Shown here one piece after another: positions 1 to 11,677 of a DNA stretch of 27,844 nucleotides. Each line of letters begins with the position of its first letter. The stretch's first letter is position 1. The stretch is from Selaginella moellendorffii. Lineage: Eukaryota > Plantae > Lycopodiophyta. Location of the stretch: contig NW_003314269.1 of NCBI RefSeq assembly GCF_000143415.4, forward strand, positions 3,511,121 through 3,538,964, in the 5' to 3' direction. Under the pieces are notes generated by a model. It ran no database searches and had not been told where the DNA came from. It worked only from the letters and a program-made list of their open reading frames with translations. The position numbers and the translations under genes were made by a program.

Positions 1-1408
1 CCCACTATAAACACCCAAAGGTACCAATGATATATCAATCTATTATGCTAAGGCCATGTCTATTCACTTTCCCATTTACTAAAGACTAAGCCATTTATCT
101 TTAAGTGGCTATCCTTTAACCACACTTTAGCACCCTTAGGATGCCTTGAAACATGAAAAAAACCCTTCCCCAATATTCCTCCAATGGTCTCCACCAAGTC
201 CTATTTCATCCACTACAGTGCTTGCCAACACCGCCACTAAGTTAAGGCCTAAGGCCCGACCACTAAGTCCCATTGACCTTTGGGATTTTTTTATTATATG
301 ACCATGCTCTTGGTCACTATGCAAGAGGATTATTCTTCTTCTTTTCCACAATTCAGGACTTTAGGACAACATTTCGAAACACTGTGGCCCTATGTGAGCC
401 TCATGAGTACTTTCCCCACTTTCTACCTTTAAGTGCTCTAACCATGTGGTTAGAGTGAGGTTCTGATGAGCCATGCAAGGTATCCAAGTAAGTAATGTCA
501 TCTATACTTGAATTGGGAGCATCAACTATTTGATCTTCCAAAGGAGCTAGAGCTAGCTCTTAAACACTTCACTAAATTACCCCATTTGTTTATTTGTATT
601 CACTCTAGCCTTGGACTCCTTAATGATTATATCATCATCCACCACGTAGGTATAGCCTTTGTTAGTGACACTAACCTTTATTAGCCAAACTGGTTCTATT
701 GGAGTCCTCCTCATGCTATCCTTTTAGAGCTCATCAAAACCCTTTAGAGTTTGGGAGATGATTGCTTTGGGCTCTCACCCTCGGATCCGAACCTAGACTC
801 GGACTTAGACTTGGATTTGGACTCGGTCTTGGACTTGGTCTTAGTCTCGGTTTCAGTTTCGGTTTCGGTCTCTATTTTGGTCTCGGTCTTAGTTTCGGTC
901 TCGGCCTTGGTCTTGGCCTTGATCTTGGACCTAGTCTTGGTTTCCATCTTAGACTCGACCTCGGGCTCCATCTCAAATTCTATCTCAGACTCCTTTTCAA
1001 ACTCTTTTTCAGACTCTATCTCGGACTTCATCTCAAACTCCATGTCAGGTCCCTTTTGAACTCCAACTTAGACTCCATCTTAGACTCCTTTTTGAACTCC
1101 ATCTCAAGTCCATCTCAAACTACTTCTCAGACTCCATCTTGGGTCCCTCTCGAACTTCATCTGAGGTCCATTTCAAACTTAGTCCCAACACTTCCACATG
1201 TCATGTGTTAGTCCTTTTGTGTCCCTTTTTTAGAGGCTTGCTTATTGATCATTTCATACTCATTTCTTGAGCACTTCATTGGTATTTCCACTCCCACTCT
1301 TGATTTTTCAAGTTAAAGTGTGTTACACTCATTTGGCTTTTGCTTTGACCATTACCATATAGCACCCTCTTAACTCCACTTTAGGGCTTAGGGATTTGTG
1401 TTTTTACA
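1..1408 (-). mobile_element. Older, diverged LTR of the same family as the 19170-27041 element (solo LTR or outer LTR; cut by the window edge)
   Basis: Colinear with 25310-27041: AAGGTACCA, ACAACATTTCGAAACACTGTGGC, AGGTATCCAAGTA, the hexamer and 12-mer arrays, CACTTCCACATGTCATGTGTT, and the terminus GGGATTTGTGTTTTTACA (1408). Many CG sites have become TG/CA. No PPT follows 1408. Confidence 0.85.
795..1180. repeat. Degenerate (GGTCTC)n hexamer and (GGACTCCATCTC)n minisatellite within the LTR
   Basis: Directly visible tandem periodicity; produces the spurious low-complexity ORFs at 744-1211. Confidence 0.85.
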
Positions 1409-1511
1409 CTCAATTGATGGTGGCATTCATAGCATGTGGTGCAACTCCTATTACTCTTTCTGCCAATCTTCACGTTTGGCTGGAGTTTTCCTAACGATGA
1501 TATGTATCATT

Positions 1512-2472
1512 NNNNNNNNNNNNNNNNNNNNNNNNNNNNNNNNNNNNNNNNNNNNNNNNNNNNNNNNNNNNNNNNNNNNNNNNNNNNNNNNNNNNNNNNN
1601 NNNNNNNNNNNNNNNNNNNNNNNNNNNNNNNNNNNNNNNNNNNNNNNNNNNNNNNNNNNNNNNNNNNNNNNNNNNNNNNNNNNNNNNNNNNNNNNNNNNN
1701 NNNNNNNNNNNNNNNNNNNNNNNNNNNNNNNNNNNNNNNNNNNNNNNNNNNNNNNNNNNNNNNNNNNNNNNNNNNNNNNNNNNNNNNNNNNNNNNNNNNN
1801 NNNNNNNNNNNNNNNNNNNNNNNNNNNNNNNNNNNNNNNNNNNNNNNNNNNNNNNNNNNNNNNNNNNNNNNNNNNNNNNNNNNNNNNNNNNNNNNNNNNN
1901 NNNNNNNNNNNNNNNNNNNNNNNNNNNNNNNNNNNNNNNNNNNNNNNNNNNNNNNNNNNNNNNNNNNNNNNNNNNNNNNNNNNNNNNNNNNNNNNNNNNN
2001 NNNNNNNNNNNNNNNNNNNNNNNNNNNNNNNNNNNNNNNNNNNNNNNNNNNNNNNNNNNNNNNNNNNNNNNNNNNNNNNNNNNNNNNNNNNNNNNNNNNN
2101 NNNNNNNNNNNNNNNNNNNNNNNNNNNNNNNNNNNNNNNNNNNNNNNNNNNNNNNNNNNNNNNNNNNNNNNNNNNNNNNNNNNNNNNNNNNNNNNNNNNN
2201 NNNNNNNNNNNNNNNNNNNNNNNNNNNNNNNNNNNNNNNNNNNNNNNNNNNNNNNNNNNNNNNNNNNNNNNNNNNNNNNNNNNNNNNNNNNNNNNNNNNN
2301 NNNNNNNNNNNNNNNNNNNNNNNNNNNNNNNNNNNNNNNNNNNNNNNNNNNNNNNNNNNNNNNNNNNNNNNNNNNNNNNNNNNNNNNNNNNNNNNNNNNN
2401 NNNNNNNNNNNNNNNNNNNNNNNNNNNNNNNNNNNNNNNNNNNNNNNNNNNNNNNNNNNNNNNNNNNNNNNN
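1512..2472. other. Assembly gap (N run)
   Basis: Run of N. Confidence 1.
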
Positions 2473-2999
2473 CTATTTATAGTTATATTGTATGATGGAG
2501 TTAGCCTTCATTCTCAATGGCAATGGCTATACATATGCATGTGTGCGTGATGAGATGAACTTAGTTATGCATATGAGTGACCTCAAACTTGAGTTTCAAT
2601 CATTTTAAATGGTGCTCAATCCAGCTTTTGGCTTCATTCTTGGTATAGATTGATTATAATGCAAGCATGCCAAGTGTAATTTTGAAGCTTCTCAATTTTG
2701 TCTCATACTTTTTTATCTTTCTTCCATTTCTTTCATTTCTATTTTACTTCATCATTTTACTTCTACCTTTACTTCTATTACTTTTATCTCCCTATTACTT
2801 TTTACTATATTTCTATCTTTCTTTTCTATATCCTCTTCAAATCCCTTTAACAATCTTTATATTGCATCAATTGACTTGTTAAAAAGGGAGTATAATGATT
2901 TCTTTAACTTTGACTTGTCCTTTGGGGCCAACATTGTAATGTATCATCCTATTTCAATTAATGATGCCCATGCAATCAAGGTTCTTGTTCGAATATCAG

Positions 3000-4120
3000 T
3001 CACTAAAGGAAATCAAAATTTTATACATAAATGTCAAGGAGATGTTGAAGGGTGTTATCCAAAAGTCTTAGAGTCTATGGATATATCAACCTCATCTTAT
3101 GACAAAATCTAATAGGAGTATTCAATTTTATATTGACTATGACTTTCCTAGATGTGTACTTTCTTCCTCACATTATTGACCTTTTGAATTGTTTAGAGAG
3201 AAGTCATTACTTCACCAAGTTAAATCTTAGTTATAAATACTAGTAAATGCCAAAATCTAAAGAAAATGTTCTCAAAACTACTTTAGTACACTATTTGGTT
3301 TATATGAGTTTTTGGTGATGCCATTCAGTTTAAACAATGCTTTAGTAACCTTTTAGTAGATGATGGACAAGTTATTTATGATATGCTAAAGAGTACAATT
3401 GCAACTGTTATTAGATACTTTCTCCTCAATTGAATGGTATTCTTACATTCTTGTCTAAAATGGATTTTCTAGAATTATGGTGGTATTTCACATCTTAACA
3501 CTTTTGCTAGGATACACCACACTTTTGTGAGTGCTTATTATCCATAGATAGATGGTTTGGTAAAACGACTTGTTCGGAACTTTAAAAGGATGATTATAAA
3601 GTATATGAAATTTTAGTATTTGGATTAGGATATTTATTTGCCATTTCTTTGATATGCATATGTTATAGGGTATAGAGTTTTGTTGGTGTTTCACCATATA
3701 AAATCTTATATAGTCATAAACCAATATTGCCAATGGAGTTGAGTTTACTGTTGTGATTGCCACAAACTATTGATATTAGGTCTTTGGATTAATATTTGAC
3801 GAGTATTCTTCTATTTGTTTAAATAAAGTCTATTGAACATTATAATCTTATAGTACATAGTTTGTGTAAAAGGTTCTTTGCTCAATAGAAGGGACTATTA
3901 AGTGTTGTAGCAAGTTAAATTGCAAGTTCATGAGATTTGGTATGACATTCAATAAGTCAATCCTCCATAAATTTGTATAAAAGGATTAGAAATAATTAAT
4001 ACCACCTATAGATCCACTAGTGTCTCTTCCTAATATTCCTCTAAATCCTTACCCATCAACTATAAAATTTTAATTGCTTTCCATCCTTCCAAAAGGAAGG
4101 GATGGTATAAAGTCCAAATA
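3000..4120 (+). pseudogene. Heavily decayed Ty3/gypsy pol remnant (RT fragment followed closely by an integrase fragment)
   Basis: Hand translation with stops and frameshifts. RT-like: QFYIDY, LPHIIDLLNCL..HYFTKLNL, FGLYEFLVMPFSLNNA..F..MMDKLF (~3080-3380). Integrase-like: SAYYP*IDGLVKR, VGVSPYKILYSHKPILPMEL (~3520-3740). Boundaries approximate. Confidence 0.75.
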
Positions 4121-4853
4121 TATAATTATGATGTTATATATTATTATTAGCATGGTGGGATTTTTATCGCTATTGGATTGATTTCAATCCAAACAACTTG
4201 CTCTTATATATAAGAGGTTAATTAAATATGCATATTTTTGTTATTCATTTCTATATTTTATGCACTCATACAAGGATATATAGCCATGCTAAAAAAGTTA
4301 GTATATTTAGAAGTATAAGGATCTTATACCACTTCATAGTACTTAAATGGTCTTTTGAATGGTTGGGATTAGTTAAAACAAGCTTAGTTTAGCTTAACTA
4401 ATATTTCTGTATATACATAAATGTGAATGATCTTTCTTTCTTGATATGAAATATTATATTATAAATAAGTAAAAGAAAGCCAAATATTGGTCTTTATCTA
4501 GTGTTTGGTGTTTACTTGAGATTTAAGCTCTTAGTCTTGGGTTTTTTACTACATTTATATGTAACTCCATGATTGTATAATTGGATTTTGTATTTATCTT
4601 AGACTCTATTTACATAAAATATATATACTAAAGAAATTACTATTTTTTCCATATTCATTTATATAAAAACAACTAGAGGTTTGATGGCAAAGAAGATCTA
4701 TAAGAATAAATAAAATAATTTGGATCATTTCATGGTGTTATATTATTTTATATCATATTATAAACCAGCTTAAAAGGAATAATCATTTATGAGATTATTT
4801 TTTTCCTACCTGTAGTATATCTTTTCTCTTTTTTAATTATACCAAAAATATTA

Positions 4854-5352
4854 TTATCCATTGCATAAATCAATTTCTTTACTCCGGTTATCATTATCAA
4901 GCCAAGCATCCACATTAAATTTTTGAGGGCCATCTCCTGCTCCTATAATTTGTATCCAATCAATATACCAATCTTGATATCGACCAGAATTATCCCGTTG
5001 TACAATCATTCTACATATCTTATCTTCATTAGGTAAACAATCTCCCTGAAGATCAAATGTGTCAAGCTGACATTTCTCAAAATTATCATCTTTGTTATCT
5101 ATATTATAAAATGGTAACAGACGCCCTTGAAAAGAGGAAAAAAAAATATCAATATTAGCATCAGTTCCTGCCCTGTCTACACATCCTGTTTGTATACTAA
5201 TTGTATAAGCACACTAGTTAAGATTTTCTTAAGTTAGATTATGCAAATTAACTGGACATAAGTATTCAAACTCTTACCTTACTGCTGTTTACAAATATGA
5301 TAAAATATGAATACAAAAACATGAATAGAATGTAGTGTATATGAATTGTCAT
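4854..5352 (-). CDS. Secreted single PLAT/LH2-domain protein (plant PLAT/ATS3-like), 144 aa; exon 1 5352-5278, exon 2 5213-4854
   Basis: Exon 1 encodes a hydrophobic signal-peptide-like MTIHIHYILFMFLYSYFIIFVNSSK. A 64-nt phase-0 intron follows (AG|GTAAGA...CTAAC...CTAG|). Exon 2 is stop-free: CAYTISIQTGCVDRAGTDANIDIFFSSFQGRLLPFYNIDNKDDNFEKCQLDTFDLQGDCLPNEDKICRMIVQRDNSGRYQDWYIDWIQIIGAGDGPQKFNVDAWLDNDNRSKEIDLCNG*. It has PLAT hallmarks Y-x-I-x-I-x-TG, AGTDANI, FE..x.D.F, DNSG...W, F.V..WL. Confidence 0.92.
5214..5277 (-). other. 64-nt GT-AG intron of the PLAT gene
   Basis: Donor GTAAGA at 5277, branch-like CTAAC, acceptor TAG ending at 5214; splicing joins signal peptide and PLAT domain in frame. 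Confidence 0.88.
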
Positions 5353-6049
5353 TAGTATTAATTTTATAGAAACCTCATTAATTCTTCAGTTTTATACTAA
5401 AGCAAGTTTATCTTATTAAGCCAAGTGTTAAACATATGATAAACTATTACATTACTTTACTAAATATCTTAATAATATTATTTTACTATAATAAAACTAG
5501 TATAATGTTAAAATATTTTTTACTTGACAAATAAACTTTTTCTTATTATCACTACTATTTCTAATTAATAGAATATTCCAATGCTTCATACCATTATTAA
5601 AGCTTGCCCTCTTGAGGAAAAAATAAATTGCTACATTTTGTATTGAAGTAACACTTGGTTTAATTGTTATATTAAATAATATATTTTATTAAAAACAATA
5701 ATAATACTATTCTTGATATGTTTTATGATTTCTTAAATACTACTTTTCGTACTCTATTATTCATGATGATACTTACCCATAGATGAGGAGCCCATATGTC
5801 AGAAAGAATAAATAAGCAATTAAATATTTAATGCACTCAAAGTATATTCGTTGAAGTATATTTTGCCATAACTATCCATTACAAGATTTGAACCTCAAAC
5901 CTTTGCTCATAAAATTTTAATTCAAGACATGTGTGAATATTTAAGATTAATGCCTAAATTAGCTTAAGGTAAATAAAAGATCCTATCAAAAGTTTCTAGA
6001 ATTTTTTATTTAAAGGGTTTCAATATAAATTCATATTTCCTCTTTTCTT

Positions 6050-6950
6050 TACTATTTTATCAATAATTTTCTCATCTCCCCTTCTCTCGGTAAGAAACCC
6101 TTGACAATTTAAACTTGATGTCTTCCTATTTCCTCTCCTTTAACTCATGTCAAATCTTAATGCTCTGCAATCAAAAGTTATACCAAGTCAGAAAATTTCT
6201 CAATACCAACAATATCTTCTTGAAGATTGGTATGCTAAAAACCTAGAAAAAAGTAGGCTTAATATTAACACTAAAAAATATTGGATGAATGAATAAATCA
6301 TAATAACTATCAAAACCTGACTAAAAAGATATAAAACTTAAAATTAACATGAGTAAAACTTAAAGAAAGGTGAAATGTTATAATAAATCCTACAACCTTA
6401 TAATTTCAACTAACTCAGTCTAGACTCAATATCATGTATAATGAGCATAGATTTTTGTCTACTATATAGCAATTCAACACAAATTAAACATTGAAGGAGA
6501 ATGCCAATGTTATCAAATTTAATCAATTTGTTGGAGGGGAAGTCACCACCATTTATTCTAATCTATAATCTTATATTGGTGGAGTTTGAGGCTTTTCATA
6601 AATATTTCAAAAAGCCTTTCAAAGGGTTTATTTAACATTCTCAATCTCTTACTCTTGCTAATGTAGCTTTCCTTTTCATCTAAAGAAAAACCTTTCTTTA
6701 TCTAGTAGTTGATTATCCACTACCTCAAATTAAGACCTATATTTACTAATTCATGAGATGTTAGAGTGTCTCTTAAAAAGTCAATTCTTCACCAAAATTG
6801 ACTCAAATTTAATTTATATTGGGAGGGTGGCTATAGTCTTCGTATTTGTTATAAGTATATAGTAAGGCTTTTCTATCTGACCAATGCTTTAATTGTTTCT
6901 AAACACAAGAAAAATGATGTTTTTTGTGATTTTTTTAATATCTTTATTAT
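6050..6950 (-). pseudogene. Possible highly decayed LINE reverse-transcriptase remnant
   Basis: Only faint, frameshifted motifs in the expected order: D.EKAY-like near 6870, F....L-like, YLG-like near 6245. Boundaries approximate. Confidence 0.3.
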
Positions 6951-6956
6951 CATCTA

Positions 6957-7675
6957 TGTAGCGGACGTGGTTTTCACCCTTTCACCCTTTATTTTATTGT
7001 GATTTACCATATAATAACCACAGGGTGAAACCTAAACTTTTGGCCATGTGTCTAAGGGTAGCAAAGTGGAACCTAAATTTTAGAGCCTTAGGCCATTAAA
7101 TGAAAAGACACAGCCAACTCCTGAGTATATAATCAAGGAGTGAAAAAACTGGAACATGGAATAACTCATGAACATTCAACCTAACGAGCAGAGGAATAAG
7201 AGTATAAAGCAACATAGAAACAATTCTAGAGCATCTAATATCCCAATGCCAAAACCAGTATGCAAAACAATGCTAAACAAAGTTTGGCACTATTTTAGCA
7301 TATTAATAATCTAATGTAAAGGTATAAATACTCCACTAGCTAGTATGGTATAAAGCTTGGGCTTAAACCCAAGCTAAAGTTTTCACCCTGATCCCAAGAG
7401 TTCGTCTCTAAAGTAATCATGAAAACTTATTAAATATAAAATGGTGTTAGATTATGAATTTAGATGCAGGAATTATATCATCGTGTTCAAGACAATCTTT
7501 ACATTCCATTTATAATCCTAACTAGAAAATCTAGACACTTTCTATAAATAGGCATTGAGACTGAATTAGACCAACATATGGGGTATGGTAACAAAGGTGT
7601 TTGATAAATACAGTAAGATATCATTTGGTGATATTGGATTAATTTCAATACATAGAGGTTTTTGTCATTAGCTAG
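6957..7675 (-). mobile_element. Old diverged LTR related to the chromovirus 3' LTR (17356-18291), opposite orientation, running into a gap
   Basis: Reverse complement of ~7240-7640 aligns with 17650-17925 and 18075-18200 (CTATTTAT.GAAAGTGTCTAGATT, TATTTAATAAGTTT, GTGGAGTA, TATGC.AAAAT.GTGC.AAACT). Terminus CGCTACA at 6957 matches the LTR end GCGCTACA. Confidence 0.75.
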
Positions 7676-7775
7676 NNNNNNNNNNNNNNNNNNNNNNNNN
7701 NNNNNNNNNNNNNNNNNNNNNNNNNNNNNNNNNNNNNNNNNNNNNNNNNNNNNNNNNNNNNNNNNNNNNNNNNNN
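7676..7775. other. Assembly gap (N run)
   Basis: Run of 100 N. Confidence 1.
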
Positions 7776-7779
7776 AGTA

Positions 7780-8500
7780 TTCATGTAGAAATTTATCCTT
7801 ATGCTCATCTGATCTAAGTACATTCAAAATGCTAAGTTAACTCCATTAGCATAAGAGTGACTAGTAAAGAGTTTAGCAATATCAACTTCTTTCTATCATA
7901 GTAATAAGGAAAAAATATCTAAAAGTATTAATTGACAAATAACTTTCGATATACACAATCACATTCGTGACAATCTACCTTAATAACATTTTGTTAAGAC
8001 TAAAAAAAACACAATTTGTGATATTCATTTTGTTCTCAAACACCTTCTACAACATAACCTTTTTATGACATTAGAAATGATTTTTTAATTAAAATTCAAT
8101 AAAGTTTTCATTTCTTCACATGGTATCATTATAAATCCTACCAAAGTTTTCACCATTCTTAAGTAGTAACACTTAACCTCTTTGTAATGTTTATTATTAA
8201 CTTGGCTTTAGAAATTTTTACTATCACTTCATTTAGGACATTTTCTCCCTTATATAAGTTATCATAAAAGATGCTCCTTTTTGTATGCTTTTCTATTACT
8301 AAAGTTGTATTCAATTTGTTAACATTTATATTCATTTTTGCTATTATCCTCATCTATCTGAACATGTATTTCTTTGTTGATTATAAGATGAGATTTGGAT
8401 ATACTAACATTGTGAATTCTTAAAAAATGGGGGATGTATGGAAATAAAATAGCTACTAAATGCTCTCATATTAAACAATTGTCTTTTTTCTAATTGGTTT
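7780..8500 (+). pseudogene. Possible highly decayed LINE reverse-transcriptase remnant
   Basis: Faint motifs in order: FYDIRNDFLIKI (cf. AYDRVxWxFL) near 8060 and MFIINLALEIF (cf. LLFxLALExL) near 8190. Boundaries approximate. Confidence 0.35.
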
Positions 8501-8977
8501 AAAGGAAGACAGATAAAATATACTATATGTGGTATCAAAACAAATGGTATATATTCAATATTTACTAATAAAATTAAAATAAGTATCTATTGTATTGGAT
8601 TATAATATAGATGGATGATTAATTGTTTCACAAGGAATAGCTAATCTAATCTATACAATGGAAGGACATTGACACCTCAAAAAAGGGCCGGGGAGGGGGG
8701 GGGGGGAGCAATTGAGTGTAGTGCATGTGAAATAGGGTGTGAAATAGGGTGTGTTATATTTATAAAGGCAAATCCTTTAGATTAGCTTATTGTGATTGTA
8801 TATCATTTTGAAGTAAAGGTTCTCCTCATTTAACTATTATAAAAGGTGAAAACTACATGTGCTATAGCTTAACATCAATTGAGGATGTATGCCATAAACT
8901 AATAAATATTTTTATAATCATTTTAACTATAGTAAATTACCATCTAACATTAGATGTCTTATTATTTAAATGGTTAG

Positions 8978-9200
8978 GATAACCATAGAGTAGAATCTAA
9001 CTTTTAGACATGTGTGCCAAGGGTAATAGAATAGGGCTTGTGTTTTAGCTGTTGATCAAAGGGACAAGGCTAAACTCCTGAATATATAACTAAAGAGCAA
9101 AAGAATAAATGTATAAAGAAATTTCTAAACATACAACTAAAGAGCAAATAAATAAGAGTAAGGAAATAACACTGGAATAGTTATAGAGATTTTAATATAC
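8978..9200. repeat. Diverged direct repeat of 7013-7240 (LTR-derived fragment)
   Basis: Shared blocks in the same order: ATAACCA, CATGTG..AAGGGTA, AACTCCTGA.TATATAA, AATAAGAGTA, TAGAG....TAATAT. Confidence 0.65.
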
Positions 9201-9908
9201 TGGTGACTTAATATAATATACATGGTTTTCATCCTTTATTTTCTTTTATTCCTTCACTCCTAATATGCAAAATGGAGCTATATAAAGTTTGAAAATATTT
9301 TAACATATTATAAACAACAAAAAAGAATGACTTAAGAAATAATTCATAGGGTTCAAATATGACCCCATATACATAAATATATTAAAAACATTATTAAAAT
9401 ATTAAGCAATATCTTTAATAATTTAAGAATGGTTTTCTTCTTTTTATTAAGTTTTCTTATAACATTTTTCATCACTTTTTGATATATCACTCTTTATTTT
9501 TTGTGAACTATAGCATTCATTCTCATTGATCATATTTATTTCCTAAAACCCCTAATCTTACAAAGTGAATTTCTTGTTACTTATTATGCTACTTTAGATT
9601 TTTTTCATAAAAAAATTTCACTATCACCTTCATCATTGTGTTATAATTACTCTTGCCAACATCATCCTTTTTTTCAAATAGATTTAAATAAATTATATAT
9701 CTAAACTCTACTATTTGGTTGACTGGCTATTAGATTCTTTTAGTGATTCTACTTAAAAGCTTACTTCTCATCTTGCTTATTTTTTGAGTATTGTGGATTT
9801 CTATCAGTAACATCTATTAAAGCCAGGTTCTACACCACTTCATTTGCCACTCAATATTTGCATTAAAAAAGGGGATGATTGTCATATATTTGCTGAATTT
9901 AGTATATA

Positions 9909-10992
9909 CTAAAATTGCCCAGTAAAATGCTGGCGTGTTAGCAAGGGGAAGTTCTCAAAAAAATTTAAATCTGAGCCAAAAGACAAATACATTACCCAAG
10001 AGCTTTATGGGAAAAAAATTAAAAAGAAGCCATCTAGCACCCAAATTTCTATCACCTCACCATGCTCAGAATGTGTTGCTATTGGTATCATATAAAGGAC
10101 ACATACTTGAAGCAAACATGTATTGCACCCAAATTTAATTACCAATAGAGACATATAATTGTGATCCTCACCGTCCTTTGAGTGGCTTTTCTTTAACCTT
10201 TGCAAATTAGTGGGGTCGTTGATCCATATGGTGACAGCTTGAAGCACATGCAGTGTTTTATATAAGAGAATTATAGTCGTAGAAAGAGATATGAAGAATT
10301 TCTCACTAGGAATTACTCTAGTGACTATGGCTGGGACAGCAATGATCTTAGAGCTGACCTAGAGGTATTTGCACAAAATCAAGAGTTCAAAGTCATCCAC
10401 TACCAGTAAAATAAACACCTTCAAATGCACTCACCCTGCCATGGCAATATGGCTACCTCCATAAGAGCCAGCTTCTCATATGTTGAAACCCAGTGCAGAA
10501 CTTGTAAATTGAATTTCCTTTGCAAGAACAAAAAGGTCTTACCTATTCCTAGCTGGGGTGTCTTACAAAAATGAGCGGAAAATTCTTGTGCAGGGTATGA
10601 GAGATCCAAGCAAGCTCTCCAATTCTGTAAGCACCTAAAAAGTTTCCAATCAAGCTAATGTGAGGGAAAAGGAGCTTGTGCCTCTGGGCAAGAAAAATTT
10701 GGGGACAGTCAAGTGGTCTTTATTAGTTTACTGATTTCTGGTAAGTAGGCACACTCATTACACATTGAACTCATGTGAAGACAGACACCTAGGGAGGCGG
10801 GACACTGCGCACTCTGCAAGACAGGGATGGAAACCCTGTGTCACATCATCTTCTTTTCTTCCCTAGGCACCACAATCACAGTAGTGATGACAGCTCTTTC
10901 CTTATGTGCCATAGAAGACTGAAGGACATTGCTCATCGAAGTAGTGTGCCCCAGTTTGCATGCCGAGCAAATTGTTAGAGACTAGCCCTAGA
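9909..10992 (-). mobile_element. Non-autonomous Helitron-like unit A
   Basis: Minus strand starts TCTAGGGC (10992) and ends GCCAGC-ATTTT-ACTGGGC-AATT-TTAG|T (GC-rich hairpin, degenerate CTAG, T target). 9909-10634 is a diverged copy of 11678-12401. Confidence 0.55.
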
Positions 10993-11677
10993 CTAGATAT
11001 TAGTGTTTCACGTTGCAAATGTGTTGGCTAGTGCTAGCGAACACATTTGCAACTTGAAACAGTAATATCATATTAGAAAATGAAGATAGAATGCAAAATG
11101 GAGATGAGGTATCTGCTTCTAAAAGCTATTGACAGGTAAATTTGTGATCACAATAAAAAATAATCATCGCATGAGTAGATGCCATTTCTAAAGACATGCA
11201 GTCAGCTAGCATCCCTGCACATAATTTCTCTGCCCTCAACCTTAGAGATTTATTCACAAACCCTAAAATTCTTCATGATTCTTATAGTTGTCCTAGGCTT
11301 GGAGTTGATTAAAGCACATGCAATAGCTAACTTTTCACTGTGCCCACACAAGGCATCTTCCTTCTTAACACCTTCATCACTAGGGAAAACATCATTGACA
11401 TCAGCCACATAACCTTCTTCACTCGCAATTATTCACTAAGCAATAATTGACCAAATAAAGGAGAGGATACATTTGTATAGGACACACGTGTCAAATTTCC
11501 TTCTTCTCTTAGAAGAGCCAATAGGCATGTAAGTTATGCCAGACAGCTATTGGCTGAGACAAAACCTTATTTAAATATTTTAGCAAGACATGGTTAAAGA
11601 AATAACCTTTTTATAGTTACCCCCCATTGGATGGCTGCCATTAGTTAGATCTGGCAACTCCTCCTCATTATTATAGA
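10993..11677 (-). mobile_element. Non-autonomous Helitron-like unit B (unrelated internal sequence)
   Basis: Minus strand starts TCTATAATAATGAGG (Helitron-like TC start) and ends with a 36-bp-arm hairpin abutting CTAG (10996-10993). Confidence 0.45.
10996..11069. repeat. Inverted repeat with 36-bp arms (33/36 matches) and 2-nt spacer
   Basis: GATATTAGTGTTTCACGTTGCAAATGTGTTGGCTAG-tg-CTAGCGAACACATTTGCAACTTGAAACAGTAATATC. Confidence 0.95.

Noticed and set aside
463-470. CTGATGAG, a hammerhead-ribozyme core box in an LTR (retrozyme hypothesis)
   Set aside because: Not conserved in the two younger LTRs (CCGTTGAG, CCGTTAAG) and no matching stem II plus GAAA.
744-1211. Low-complexity ORFs (poly-SV, LG, ET)
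   Set aside because: By-products of stop-free hexamer/12-mer repeats in an LTR; open on both strands and in several frames.
1398-2495. 365-aa and 348-aa ORFs
   Set aside because: Almost entirely N gap.
5390-5396. TATAAAA upstream of the PLAT gene
   Set aside because: The region is extremely AT-rich with several equivalent motifs; it cannot be assigned without TSS data.
5883-5900. B-box-like motif on the minus strand (GGTTCAAATC), possible SINE
   Set aside because: No A-box, tail or TSD recognisable.
8684-8753. G run and a short tandem duplication (GTGAAATAGGGT x2)
   Set aside because: Isolated simple-sequence feature with no supporting context.
9865-9885. Copia-like PPT followed by TG (AAAAAAGGGGATGAT-TGTCA)
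   Set aside because: Suggestive, but no convincing copia coding motifs or partner LTR are visible.
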